From Callorhinchus milii (Eukaryota): a stretch of DNA of 64,000 bases. Made by a program: the position numbers and the translations under genes. Where the stretch lies: the NCBI RefSeq assembly GCF_018977255.1, contig NW_024704750.1:5084001-5148000 (forward strand). The letters run 5' to 3'. Under the pieces are notes generated by a model. The model saw nothing but the letters and a program-made list of their open reading frames with translations, was not told the origin of the DNA and ran no database searches. Of this stretch, positions 51,397-64,000 are shown piece after piece (the stretch's first letter is position 1; every line of letters starts with the position of its first letter).

Positions 51397-54300
51397 TGTT
51401 AGAGGCCACCAAATGTGCAAAACTCTTTACTATTTTGAACAGATGGACTGAGAACCATAGTCTCCCCTCAATTAGAAAAGAACCTCCCCACAGCATATAT
51501 TTAGCAGGCACTATGCACAGTGCATTCACAAAATTGCATGTATGGGACGGGTAGTATAACACAGTGGGATTAAAACCTCAATTTTACCAAGCACACTTTG
51601 AGCACATTGTAAATGAGATGATAATGGGAACAATCTCTGCCACAATGATCTAATTATTATACTTCGGAGCCGCTATCTTGAAAATCTTGCTAAGATTGCA
51701 GTTGGTGGCCGAATGCCTTTGGAGAGAAGCAGCGTGAGTAATCTAATGAGGAGCATTGAAAAAGCTCACTGCTCTTACGGTAGGCCCCATTAAAATAAAT
51801 GGAAAAAGTTAATTAAAATGAGAAAAATTAATTTACTTCCAATGTGACATTTAAAGTTTAATAAACAGAATAGGTCTTGGCTGGAGGTGAATAATATTAA
51901 TCTCTACTCTGATGCTAACAGAATGATCTACAAGAAACAAAGACTGGTTCAACAGAGAGTAGGTAGCCATTTCCAAGGTGTGAGCTGCAATTTTCAGTCT
52001 CGAGGAAAGGTTCACAGCCATACAGTAGACAAACCTCTTCAGTGATCTGTACAGATGATCTGAAAGTTTAGTCACCCCTTGAAGAGAAAAACATGGAGTG
52101 AACACCACACTCAGAGGCAATGGTTGGCCTGATTAAATTGCCATCTGAGTCTAGTCACAGGATGTAGACCCATGTTAGGGATATTGTGGCAACAGACCAG
52201 AAACTAAATAGTGCATTGCCTTCATTGCACTATAGTAACTATGATGGCTTTGCACCTTCGTGTTTTCTAGATACAAGACCTCAGATCACAATCTGTGCTG
52301 ACTTGGTTCAGGTATTTGTGCAACTGCTCTTCCGCCTGCTCCCTCACTAGGGACATTTTCTGGAAACTATGTGTATGTGTGTGAACACTTGAACATTGAG
52401 TAAAGACATCATTAAATTCACATGTGATCATCTCCATAGTCTGCTGACTTGCTATCTGGGCTCAACATGAAGAATAGACATTTGAGCAACAGAGTACAGA
52501 CCTACCAAAGCCAACAGAGCCATACCCAATAAGAATTAGCCACCAGGTAAGAAAATTGACGAACTATCAAATGACTCAAATTAAAGTAGCAGAATTGGCT
52601 TGAAGTTATTGCCAACATTAGTGCCGTTAATTCTTTTTAATTTCAGGAATATCCGAATATTACTTCTATAGCGCATAAGAGAAATTATCTTGGCCAAGAT
52701 GCACATTGTGAATATATTTACAGAATGCAAATCATTAATTTTTAATGAAAATGTTGTTGCCACTAATGAGGTTAACCAGACATTATTTTATCCCATTTAT
52801 CTTACAAAGTTGCTGGTGGTCCTTGCACTGACTATGACAGGGGAGCTGAAACATAAATATCTGCTGGACAAACAAACAAAACATTTGATTCCTCCTCCGA
52901 ACGTGTAACATCTGTGATGTAAATGAATGAATTCAATTTTTTTTAAATAAAGGAACTTATTTTCCTTCTAATTTCACCACGTTCAGCAAAATGAAACTAT
53001 TCTCCACTGTCCCAGTTCTGCTCAGCGCTGATCACCATTTCCTACATTTGTGGTGCTTAATTATGACTCTTCTCCAATTAGGTCTTTCTTGCAAGTTCCT
53101 TCAAGTGCTAGAAACATAACCCACCAGATGATGTTCTTCCTTACGATGAAACTAATAGTTTCCTCTCGGGAAATAACCTACATAATAAATTCATCATGGC
53201 AAATACAATTCTGTCTACTGATTTCCTGTCAAGCAATTGTAAAACACTCGATTACTACAGGTTGTGAAAAAGGGTTTTTACAAATCATCTTGTACAATGC
53301 AGTGGTGGATTTCTTGAAACAATAATAATAGTGTTATTCATAAAATGGAGTGCAATTATTTTGAAGTGAATTGATTTATTAACTAGCAAACACACATTTT
53401 CTTCTAATGTTGTTTAGAAGAAATGTATAAATATGCTATAAATATGCAAAGAAGCTTTTAAATTTTGCATTAACTACTTCCAGAAATTAGTTAAGAAAAA
53501 CAAATCAGGAGGCATTCGGATTCTACATTACAAACATCTTTCACATCCAAGCTAAGACAGAGGTCTACAAACCACAATTAGAGAGCTATAGGCATCAGAC
53601 GCAGCAGGTACGAAAATGAGAAGGATAATTTTTCATGGTTGGTGGAAGTCTGCCTTGATTAGAATGCTTCCCATTATATAGTACCTGCTGCTTTGTTCTC
53701 TTTGGAGCCCTCTCCAAGGTAATCATTGTTGCAATGTCAGTATTGATCATATGCATTACCTTTAGATTCGTCAAATAAATCATCAATCGATCAGATTTAA
53801 AGGCACATCAAATTGGAGTGAAGTGGTAGGAACCCAAAGCGAATCACACTTGTCCCTTGCTTTCAGTGGCAAATCAATTCCTATCTCTGCAACAATAACC
53901 AGTGAGTGCAAATCAATTCTGGCTCCACTCTGAAAGGGTGCATTAAAGGCAGACGCAGACTGCTTTAAAGCACACCAGCTGTTTACTTTCTGCCATCACA
54001 TCAGCTATTTCATACCTTAATGGTAAATCTATAGCAGTTCTGCCTAGAGTAACTCAGAGTAATTCTGGAGGCACATCAAAAACTCTCCTGGTTAATGGAG
54101 GACTTTCTTCATTTTGCATAGCTGTGCACTAAGGTGGGCATAGCTACAGACTCACTCAGTACAAGCTCTTGAGAGGCAATTCTTTCAAAACAAACTTTCA
54201 CACAAAGCTTGCTATCAATCAGTCTGGATCAACTGGGGGTATCAGTCAGCCAGAATCAACTGACTGAGTATTCAGTCCAGTCCAGACAAACAGAACATAC

Positions 54301-55071
54301 TCAGACTGAGTATGTTTTAAAAAAAATTGTACACCTCCATTTGGAGAGTGCAGCACTCACTGAACCAGCTGAGCTCCCACCTCTGCTCGTACAATACCGC
54401 ACAAATTGCTAAGCAAAAATTGTTTCATAGAAAAATCATATTGCATGGAAGACCTGATGCTGTGTAGGATGCTATGAGTATAACTCAATCTTTCTGCATT
54501 AATGACATTCATGAACAGTTCACATTGTGAGAAGATGGTATGAGACTTTATCAGTACCCTCCAGCACATCAATTATTCTGTATCTATTACATAACATCTT
54601 GCAATATAGCCTCAAGGTTCAGTCTTTAATAACCAAGCCATCAGCTATTCAGGCTCATAATATTCTAATTAGCAATGTAATTCGATGTGAACAAGAGCAC
54701 TGCACCTCTCTAGGATCCACGTCTACAGATAGATACCCTGTGGGTTGTAGGCTGGACTGGAATAAAAGGATAGAGATTGTAGCAATAGAATAAATTAAAT
54801 CTTTCCCACCGGAAGCTGAGAAGCCACATAACACTGGTGCAACCTGCAGGTAGTTTTGTTTTCAAACTGTAATTCTCAAACATTCCCAGTGTTTCAATGT
54901 TCAGAAGCGAACCTGAAATTCAAACTGTAAGGAGCTCATAGAAGAAAGGAAAATGCGTCGGGGATAAGCACAACTAATGGAATTTCACCAGGACATTTAA
55001 TCACATTCAAGCTATTCGGCTCTTGAATTAAAAAGATAATGACTGGCAAACAAAAAAAAATCACTTCTTAC

Positions 55072-55219
55072 CTGTTTCAATATCAGTCAAATGAAGCATT
55101 GAATCAAATCCACCACTGAGGATCTGCCGTCCACACAAAGACCATTGAGCGTCACGAACTGCCCCTCTGTGGCAAAAGTATGTCTTCAAGCACCTGCTCG
55201 TATCAATAGCATCCCATAC
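55072..55219 (-). CDS. WDR25: WDR25 exon (most 5' exon visible; the gene appears to continue beyond the window)
   Basis: 148 bp, AG/GT flanked, [50 protein letters not shown]. Confidence 0.92.
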
Positions 55220-58200
55220 CTTTATGAAGGACAAACAATAGAAAAGGTCAGCGGTTAAAAAAAAACTTTGATTCGGAAAAAATCCAAACAAAATAGAAGA
55301 AATGGTCCAGACAATCATAATAATAATAATAATAATAATATAATACCTGCCACCCCCACCAAACACCCCCAAATTATTTTTAAAAATCTTGTTTCTCATT
55401 TTATTTGGTTTGGGATATAAAAATAATTTAAAAAATGAATTAATTCCGGGTTCACCAAAACCAGCACCTCAAAACCAATCACCGGTTGGAAATGATAGGG
55501 AATTACTGCTCAGTGGCAAATGTCTCAGACACATCTCACACATTCCATACATTGCTTTCGGCTACTGACACCTTACTGAAGTCATTGAATGTGCTTAAAA
55601 GACTTGATTAGAAGAGTATTGTTAATTATAACCAATTTTAGCTTGATCTTATTAAGCACAAAATCAGCTCCTCTTCAGTAAAGGCTTCTGAGAAATTAAA
55701 CACCTTTGCTTCCAAACTCTCATTTATCAGTGGTGAATTCCAGCTCCATTTTTAGACTTAGAATAAAATTGGTAACTACACAACATAGTACATGTCCAGT
55801 TAGGAAAAAAGGTGACATGTTCAAGATTTCCTTTAATTACTGTGGATATGCATTTTGCCAGGTGTAATTTACTCTGGGCCAGTGAAGCCTCAGGAAGACT
55901 TTGCTTACCTATGCCAATTTGTTAAGGTATATAGATTGAAGATTCACAAGTAGAGAACAACGGATCAGCTTTTTCATGATCCGATAACACCTCTGCCCTC
56001 GGATGAAAGAGAATTGCATGCATACATATATGACCAGCTCTTGTCACAAGTTTCCTGTTGACTGTTGACTCGCCTGTTGACTATGAAGGCTTTTCCCCAG
56101 TGACACTTCTACTGGTGTTACGCCTAAATAGATTGAGACCACCCGTAAGGTGGATTCATTTCTCTTGCCAAAGTACTAATCATACCCAGATTGTAACTTT
56201 AAAGGCATATTGCAGCTTCTGCATTGATTTGATGTGAAAAACCACATCAAATTGTGGCAGAACCTATTACTTAACTGGCTGCACTTAGACAGACTCACAT
56301 TAGTGATCAGTTTGATGGACATCAAACAAATCTCTTTAAAGATACTACCTTTACATAATGCAGAGAATAAAGCTTCAAGTGAATGTTTATTGAAGATCTA
56401 ACGCTTTCTGGTTGCTTAATTAAGCAGCAGATCGGTAACCAAAGCAGAAATACACTTCTTAGTTTCAATTTGAAGTTGAATTAATATACAGTATTGTTGT
56501 TCGTCTTTGAAATCCAAAAGCTTATTAATAATCATGGCAAACAGCAGTATCAGTCGCAGTCAGCAAATACAATTACTGGAGAATTCTTGCTGCATGAGGT
56601 TGTTTAATGAGTGGGTGGCACTTTTAAAGTAAAGATGATGTGAAATAAGGACACCTTCATAATCCACCCACGTAAATAACACCAGAATAAACCCTTGGGT
56701 AACACAGTAGCTATATCTATATTACCTATTAAATGTAGGAGTAAAGGAATCCCTGAAGCAATATAGTGACCCAGATAGATCTGCAAATATTTGAGGGGCG
56801 CTGTTACAATTTCATGAATGTTAATGAAAAAAAGAAAGTAATTCTATCTCGAAATTGTGTTTGCTTTGTGCCTTGGAAATGGAGAGTACAGAAGCGATAG
56901 TATATTTGCATCTCACGTCCATTGGCGCCACAAATATGGATTCTGTGCAAATATATTTTCCAAACAGATCAGCAATTTGGTCTTTCCTGAATTGCCACTG
57001 GGAGCGCGACGTACAAATACTTGCATTAACCACTGCAGAGAATCTTTCGATATTTATGCATACTAACTGAAAATATTCCTAAATGCAACACAAGTCTGCA
57101 CTGTGCCAACTGTTACATTGGCTCCTAATTACTTCTGTAACCTTAAAGTCTACCAACCTACCTACTCCCTCTGATCCACAGGCAATGGCCTGCTTCACGT
57201 TCCAACCTTGCCTGGCCCACCATTGGTAGTCGGTTGCAGACTATCTGCCCCCACTCTGCAGAACTCTATCCAGGAATATCTTCACCTCGCCAACGATTCC
57301 CAGTTTGGGTGCAAATCCTCTACTGTCCAATGACCTCCTCCTGATGTGAAAGCTCTATATAAATACAGTTTGTTGTTGTTATCTACTCTGACTTTGGTGT
57401 GTAATGAACACTAGTGGGATTTACTTCATGCTGAGGACCCTCTTTAGCAGCAGAAGCTATTGCTATTATGGTATAAGATCAATGAAAAGTGCACTTTTAA
57501 ATCAGGTTGATTTAGCTTCGGCCAGGATTCTATAAAAAATTCAATTTATCTCTGAGCATCAATCAATCTAACAGATTTCTATAACTGGAAGCATCTGCAA
57601 CTGTGATTATCAGTTATTATTTCTAATTGAGTTCTAAGCAGAGAAGCAGATCCAAATTTTCCGGAACATGCATCAGAATATAGACAATATAATTGCGGAT
57701 GTGTTTGAGTGTATATTAGAGTGTTAAAAAGCTTAACGCAATGAAGAGGTTGAATTGATGCCAAACTGTGGCAGCTAAAGCTGATGGGCTTTGTAACCTT
57801 TCTTTGAATCCCAAGATTGTATTTCTCCACATTTACAGCCACCTGTTATCACATGTAATTGCACTGCAGTATAATGTAATTTACTTTTTAAACACTGAAT
57901 ATTATGAGTCAGCGATATGGAAAAATGCTGTTAAGACCAAATGTAAAAAAAGAGTAAAATATGGTGCATTGAACTTACTAGCCCAGTTTATGCAGATGCT
58001 CATACCAAAGGATTGTGCAAGTACATGACTTAATCTCCTCACGAACTGAGAAGAGATAATTGCCAAATANTTTTTTTCACTCAGTTGGTAGCTCTTAGCT
58101 GGCTCAGTGGGAGCACTCTTGCCTCCGAATCAGAAGGCTGAGTGTGGTGGGACTTTGAACACACATAGTTCACAAGGGTTGACATTCCAGTGCAGTGAGT

Positions 58201-61200
58201 GTGCTGCTTTCGGAGGGGTCGTTCTGTGTTTGAGACATTAAAACGAGGATCCATCTGCCTGTTTAGGTGGATGTTAAATATCCTATGGTACTACTCAAAA
58301 GGTGAAGCAAGTTCTGGCCCAATCCCCCGGATAAAATCAGTTATTCACTTCATGGGATGTAATTTATACTCCACTAGTGGTGCTGTCACTAATCAGTTAG
58401 TGTTAGCCCACTTGTGAGACATGTGTCACATACCATATAATCATCTATAATGTGGCTTTGGCCACATTTCCTACCATGCATTAGGTAGAGAAATGCACCT
58501 CCTCTAAAGGTTTAAACTGCAGATACAATTGATCAAATATAATTTTTTGTGGTAAGCGAATTACTTAATATTCAGCAATGGCTTTGCAAAGGGAAAATAA
58601 AGAATTGGAGAAATGGTGTGTAATAAAAATGCATTATAGATGCAAAGCATATTTTTGCTGGTGAACTTATATCCTAAACGAGGTACACAAAAAGATGCCT
58701 CTTTTAATACTGAATGTCATGTGCTTTAAAAATCCTTTAATTTCTTTATAAAGAACTCCCAATAGAAGGAGAACATTAGTCATATTGCCTTTGAACTACA
58801 CACATGACAGCTGCTATTACTAAAATCAGTATGTATCTGCTGTAAACCTTTCTTGGGATTTCATTAGCCTCTCTACCTCAGAAATAACAAAATCTATCTG
58901 CAACCCTTCGCCATTGCTCTGGAAATCCCAGAGCGAGTTACTTTCTTTATTATACAGACATGCTGTTTCTATCATCAAAATGAGAGATAGGCTTGTGTTC
59001 AAATGACCTCACTAAAGTAATAATCAAGTCTGGTAAAGTGCCTCCCAGGCCTTTCCCCAGGTCACTGATGACTTTTTCCCCCTCCTCTGAACTTCTTGAT
59101 TCTCTGAGGCTGCAAATCATTTTGTCCTGTGATTTATTGATTCCAAGGATACACAGTTTCAAACACTATTGCCTGTACTTTTTTAAATATATATTTAGAC
59201 ATTTGGCTCTATGACTTGAAACAAAAAATAGATTTTACCTCTACTTTCTTGAGGGTTCTGACTCATGCTGGAATATGGTTCCAACCTCCTGCATCAAGGG
59301 AGACTAGATGGGATATGTTTGGAGGCTATTTAACCATAAAGGCATCAAAGCCAAGATCAGTTCTGTTCTCATCCAATGTCCACATACGTGCTTTCACCCA
59401 GTAACCCTCATTGATTTTCTCTCCCTGGCCGAGGGCCTTGAAACCAATTGCAATATCCCTACTACTGTCCTGAACTGAGATTAACTCGCTGCACATATTG
59501 TTGAACCTAAAATGATTCAAAATGAGACAAAATGGCTTAGTTCTGCTATAGTTGTCACCAGGAGAGCAACAATTCTCATTTTTGTTTTGAAAAAAAGTTT
59601 TAGAATCTGCATTATTTTGAATTATTGATGATACTGTTTCTTAAAATTTCAAGAATTTCAACCACTTTTATTGTTAGACATCAAAGTTAATATTTTTTGC
59701 TTTTTCATATTACATTTCTAAACTTTATTCACACTATTATTATTTGATAGGTCAAAAGATTGTATATATATTTGGCATATTTGTAACTAACACGGAGACT
59801 TCATGAAAGAAATAGATAAGTTTAAGAAAAATAGTCAAGAACCTATTGCAGTTTAAAACAATCAATTTTAATACTTTTTCCCAAATTAAATCAATCGCCA
59901 CAAGTTCTAAACCACCACCACAAATAACAATAACAACTTGCATTTATACAGCAATATATTTTAAGTTTAGTGCGCGAGTGTGAGGGTGGCGGAGTTCTGT
60001 TAATACACGCTGTTCGGTAGAAAATCCAGTCTACAGCTGAAGGTATTAAATTGAATGTACAAGTTTGCAGATGATATCACTGAAGTGTGGAGAAAATAGT
60101 ACGTTCAGAAGAAAGGATATGAGTCAAGTGAAATTTATGGCAAATTAATAATCATTTACAGACATGATTCTATTAATATTGGAAAATATAAAGTGGGGCA
60201 AATTGGCATTGAAATTGAAAGATTGATTCCAAATAAATGTCATTTTTTTAATCAACTTAGCGTTTCCCTGGCGCCTCTATTCTTCTTCTCATTTTGCTCC
60301 TTATCAATGATGACGTCCACTTATCATGTAACATTTTTCACTCTTTGGCTGATTGTTCAACTTTCTTCAGATTGCATACTCTCAGTGCAATTGACCTTCA
60401 TGCCTCTTACAACGCAATGACTAAATGTCTAAATCTGTGATAGTGAGACAGCGGTCATCATACTGAATGAACGGATTATGGAGGCAATGGAAAAGATTAG
60501 AGAAGGGCAACTAAAAGGATTCCAGGTTTTCAACCATTTTCTATGAAGGCAGACTAAGAAAACTAAATCTGCACTAACCTATAAACTCTGCAGCCCGGAC
60601 TCTCACATGGAGAATTTATATAATTAAAATAAATATAATATAATTAAAAATCAATTTAAAAAGGACAAACTGGAACACAGTAAAACAATCAATTATAAAC
60701 TGGGCAGCAAACAAGATACTTTAACAGTGTGCCACTTTAGGGAGGAACTTTACATTCAGTCATTCTGAGCTGGATTCAAACCATGGTATGAGAACACTGC
60801 AGCACTTATTCTCAATGATTTAAGACAAGTTTGGAGTCTAACAATACTGTTTGGATGAACATTATCCGAATTATTGCTCAATTCTCATCCTGCCATGTTT
60901 CGCCCACAAAATATAGTCAATTCACTTTACAGTCTATTCTGTGAAACACTTTGAGACATTACGAAGATGCGATAAGGCGCTCTATTAAGTGCAAGGTTTA
61001 TTATTATTATCATTGCCTTCTTGGACCTATGATTGTAATGGGAATTTGGTTATTATAGAGGATATTATCTTACTCAACCAAAACATCCGATTTTGGTGTT
61101 AATACTCCAATGCATGCATAAACACAGCAGAAGTGTGTAAGACTACTGTACTGAGCAGCCTCATTGTAGCACTCGTTGCTTCTGTAAATGCCATAAACAA

Positions 61201-64000
61201 CTCCACTAATATTGTATTTAAAACAATGCAATGTCTGGAAAACAGAAAATTACAACGCAAATGAAATGAAACTTCATATCAAATCAGACTGTGGAAATCA
61301 CAAAGCAAACACTGTCAGCACAGGTCAAATAGTGCATCAGTTTGGCTCATCTGGTGGAGTGCTGCAGTCTCGCATCGACACATTAAAGATGTTTGAGAGC
61401 TTTTGAGTCCAGGAACAATCAGAACTGATGAAGATGTTCTGAAGAAATAATCAGCGTCAGGCTGGTGTAAGCATTTGGTGGATGACATAGTCTTGAAATA
61501 CTTTGAATCGCAAATGTCACAACAGGCATAAATTATCAGCTATAGCTCCAAAGTTCTGTTTGATGAAAACTGAAATTAGAGCTTGGTTTGCATCCGACAT
61601 CTGTTTCATTTATACTGATTTATCACTAGTCATACAAAGCTGCTTGATTTCAAATCAACGCAGTTCTAAAGGTGTGGCCAACCTTCAATAAATAGAAGCT
61701 TGTGCATGGTCTAACATATAGACTCCAAGAACATCACGTGAACGTCAAGTCAATCAGCAAGGAGCAAAAAAGGCTCCCTCCTCAGTTCAAAGCTCACAAG
61801 CTTCCCTCAGGAACAGCTGAGAGTGGTGTGTGAAATTCAAACGAGATCCAGATTCAAACTCAAAGCTTCTGCGGTAAAGGAATAATTGGCTTACTGGAGC
61901 ATTGAACAGTGGCTCCAATAAAAGACGAGTGTGCGGAGGGCTGGAAGGGGTCCCCACAGGAGTTATTCAACACAAAGATTTGCAAAGTACAGTAAATGTC
62001 AGCTTCTCCTCAAAATCTGATCTTTATTATTTTGTTAAGCTGTTTTTTTCCCTGCTGATTATCCTTTTTATTCCTTTCCCTTCCCACTTCTCTGAACAGT
62101 TTTCAGCCCAGTTCAGAAACCCAGATATATATATTAATATAGAGTCACTGGAGTCATTCCATATGTACACGATCAAGAATACCTCCTTTACACGAGACAG
62201 GGAAAATTTGTTACACAATTTGTACACAACAATTACAGTCTTGGATAGACTTTATTGAAAGTGTAAGTAGTACAGCTCCAGTCAAACTTGAACACAAATC
62301 AAATTGATAGCAGAACGCAATACAGTCAAGTTTATGTATAAGTTCTTTGGAGAGTTTATCACTTTCAGCCCTTAATTCAGGTGAGAAGCGGAAAAATTTG
62401 CACAAAGATTTATTTGTTGCTGTCGGGTTTATTGGTCATGCCAAAATATCACTCTATGTACAATACATAAAGTAATCGTAAACCGTGACTTTACTGCAAC
62501 TTGATCTACACCATGAGTAATGTTTTTGATATTTAGCCAATTCTGGTATAGTGATAGCTCCTAGGAACTGCCCAACCACACAGAAAAGTTAAAGCAATTA
62601 TTGGTTGAAACAAATGCACATTCTATTTTAACGATTAATTGTTTAGGTTGAAAAATCAAATGGCAATTGGAAAACTGACCTGATAGTTTATTAGAATGTT
62701 ATTACCCAGGCTGGTATTCAAATGATGACATTTCAAGCTCTAGTGGTTGACAAAGGACTAGTTAAATTGGTAAATAGTTATATTTAACGATTTGAAGGGT
62801 GAATAAAGAGCACCGATAGCACAATTAAGATTGTCATGGCTGTTTTATGTATAGGAACTGTCAGAAAGTGGCAGCGATCTGCATAACAACAACAACAAGA
62901 TTACATTTGTATAGTGCCTTTCACGTTGGGAAGACGTCCCAATAATGCACTTTAGTGCATAAGGACACCCTGGTTAAAATCACTTTAATTTCCAAGAAGA
63001 AAATGGTGTTTAGCATGGTTGTGAAGCCAAACAAATCAGAACAATAAAATAAAGAACAAATACCAAGCAAAAAGAAAGTAGGATTTATTAATTTTTTTTA
63101 CGAAATATTTAATCACTCAAGAGTTTATTTTGTATTCATCTGAGAGGCGTTACACTTGTCAGATACCTGATAGTCCAGGAAAGATGTCATTCGATCCTAA
63201 TACTGAATACGTAAATTTAATGCTCAAATGTTCAATATGGACTTATAGCTAGTATGGCTCTGATAGGAATCCAGAATGGGATTCCTCTTCCAAGGCTGTC
63301 CCTCCCCATGCTTGTGATGATCTCAAGGTCCTCAAAGCAGAATTCCATGAGGAAATTTACCCCAACAATGTAATTGACGGTGCATTGAATAGATTTAAGA
63401 AATCAATCATTGAGATCACAAACGAATCAGACAGTTCCCTTTGTTGCAACTTTGAAACAGTGAGAGGAATAACATTTACAGTCTGTGGTAACTTACTGCC
63501 ACCTTTAGGCGAGTACACATACCGTATTTCCATGGAAAGCAAATTAGACTGCTCTACATTGGATACAGTGAAAATAGTAAATAGCACTTCCTAGTGGCTT
63601 ACCACAGAGAACCCCTGGCCATGGGCTTTGTAGCAAGTCTTTCGTCTGTACTTGCAAGAGATCTTTCAATTACTACATGTCAGCAATTACACGGCTCAGC
63701 AATGATTGTGAAAATTGACAGCTTTAATTCATTCAATCCTGTGTTACCGTTAAAATTATTGACATAAAGAGGACTACGCAAGACTTGTGCATATGAGTAA
63801 AGGTTTGTTTGTCCTTACAACAGTATCAGAATTCATATTTTAAAGATTAGATTGCACATAAAATACACCATTTGATCCACTAGCCTTCAAACACATTTTT
63901 AAATAATGTTCCAATAATAGCTCAAAATGAAACATGTTGCTTTTATTATATTCAAGTCTTCATGACATATTAAAACAAATATAAGTCAATGGAACATCAA

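Noticed and set aside
55220-64000. Expected upstream coding exon of WDR25
   Set aside because: No matching ORF or WD40 motif found; probably beyond the window. ORFs at 61902 and 63357 have no recognisable homology.
1-64000. CRISPR arrays, rRNA, operons or other prokaryotic systems
   Set aside because: The sequence is intron-containing vertebrate DNA; the recurring gacgtcctcccgacgt motif is a dispersed retroposon tail, not a spaced array.

Overview
AT-rich vertebrate genomic DNA. The repeat content (tRNA-derived SINEs, Deu-domain-like SINEs, L2/CR1 LINE fragments) suggests a cartilaginous fish; this is an inference. The window holds the conserved DLK1-BEGAIN-WDR25 block. DLK1 (- strand) is complete: CDS join 9733-9658, 8547-8484, 8050-7920, 6638-6494, 5280-4524 = 390 aa, with a probable non-coding first exon and TATA box. 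BEGAIN (+ strand) is join 32592-33497, 33891-33919, 36902-37063, 37646-37712, 40937-41044, 41550-41633, 43116-44402 = 880 aa if the large first exon is used. Only the last five coding exons of WDR25 (- strand) are present; its 5' part appears to lie beyond the window. All junctions were read by hand as GT-AG with consistent phases. The most unusual observation is an 86-bp copy of the splice acceptor and start of the last DLK1 exon, inserted inside a SINE 1276 bp downstream of the original. It creates a potential alternative terminal exon that would encode a transmembrane-less (secreted) DLK1. Most short ORFs in the track are repeat-derived or noise.
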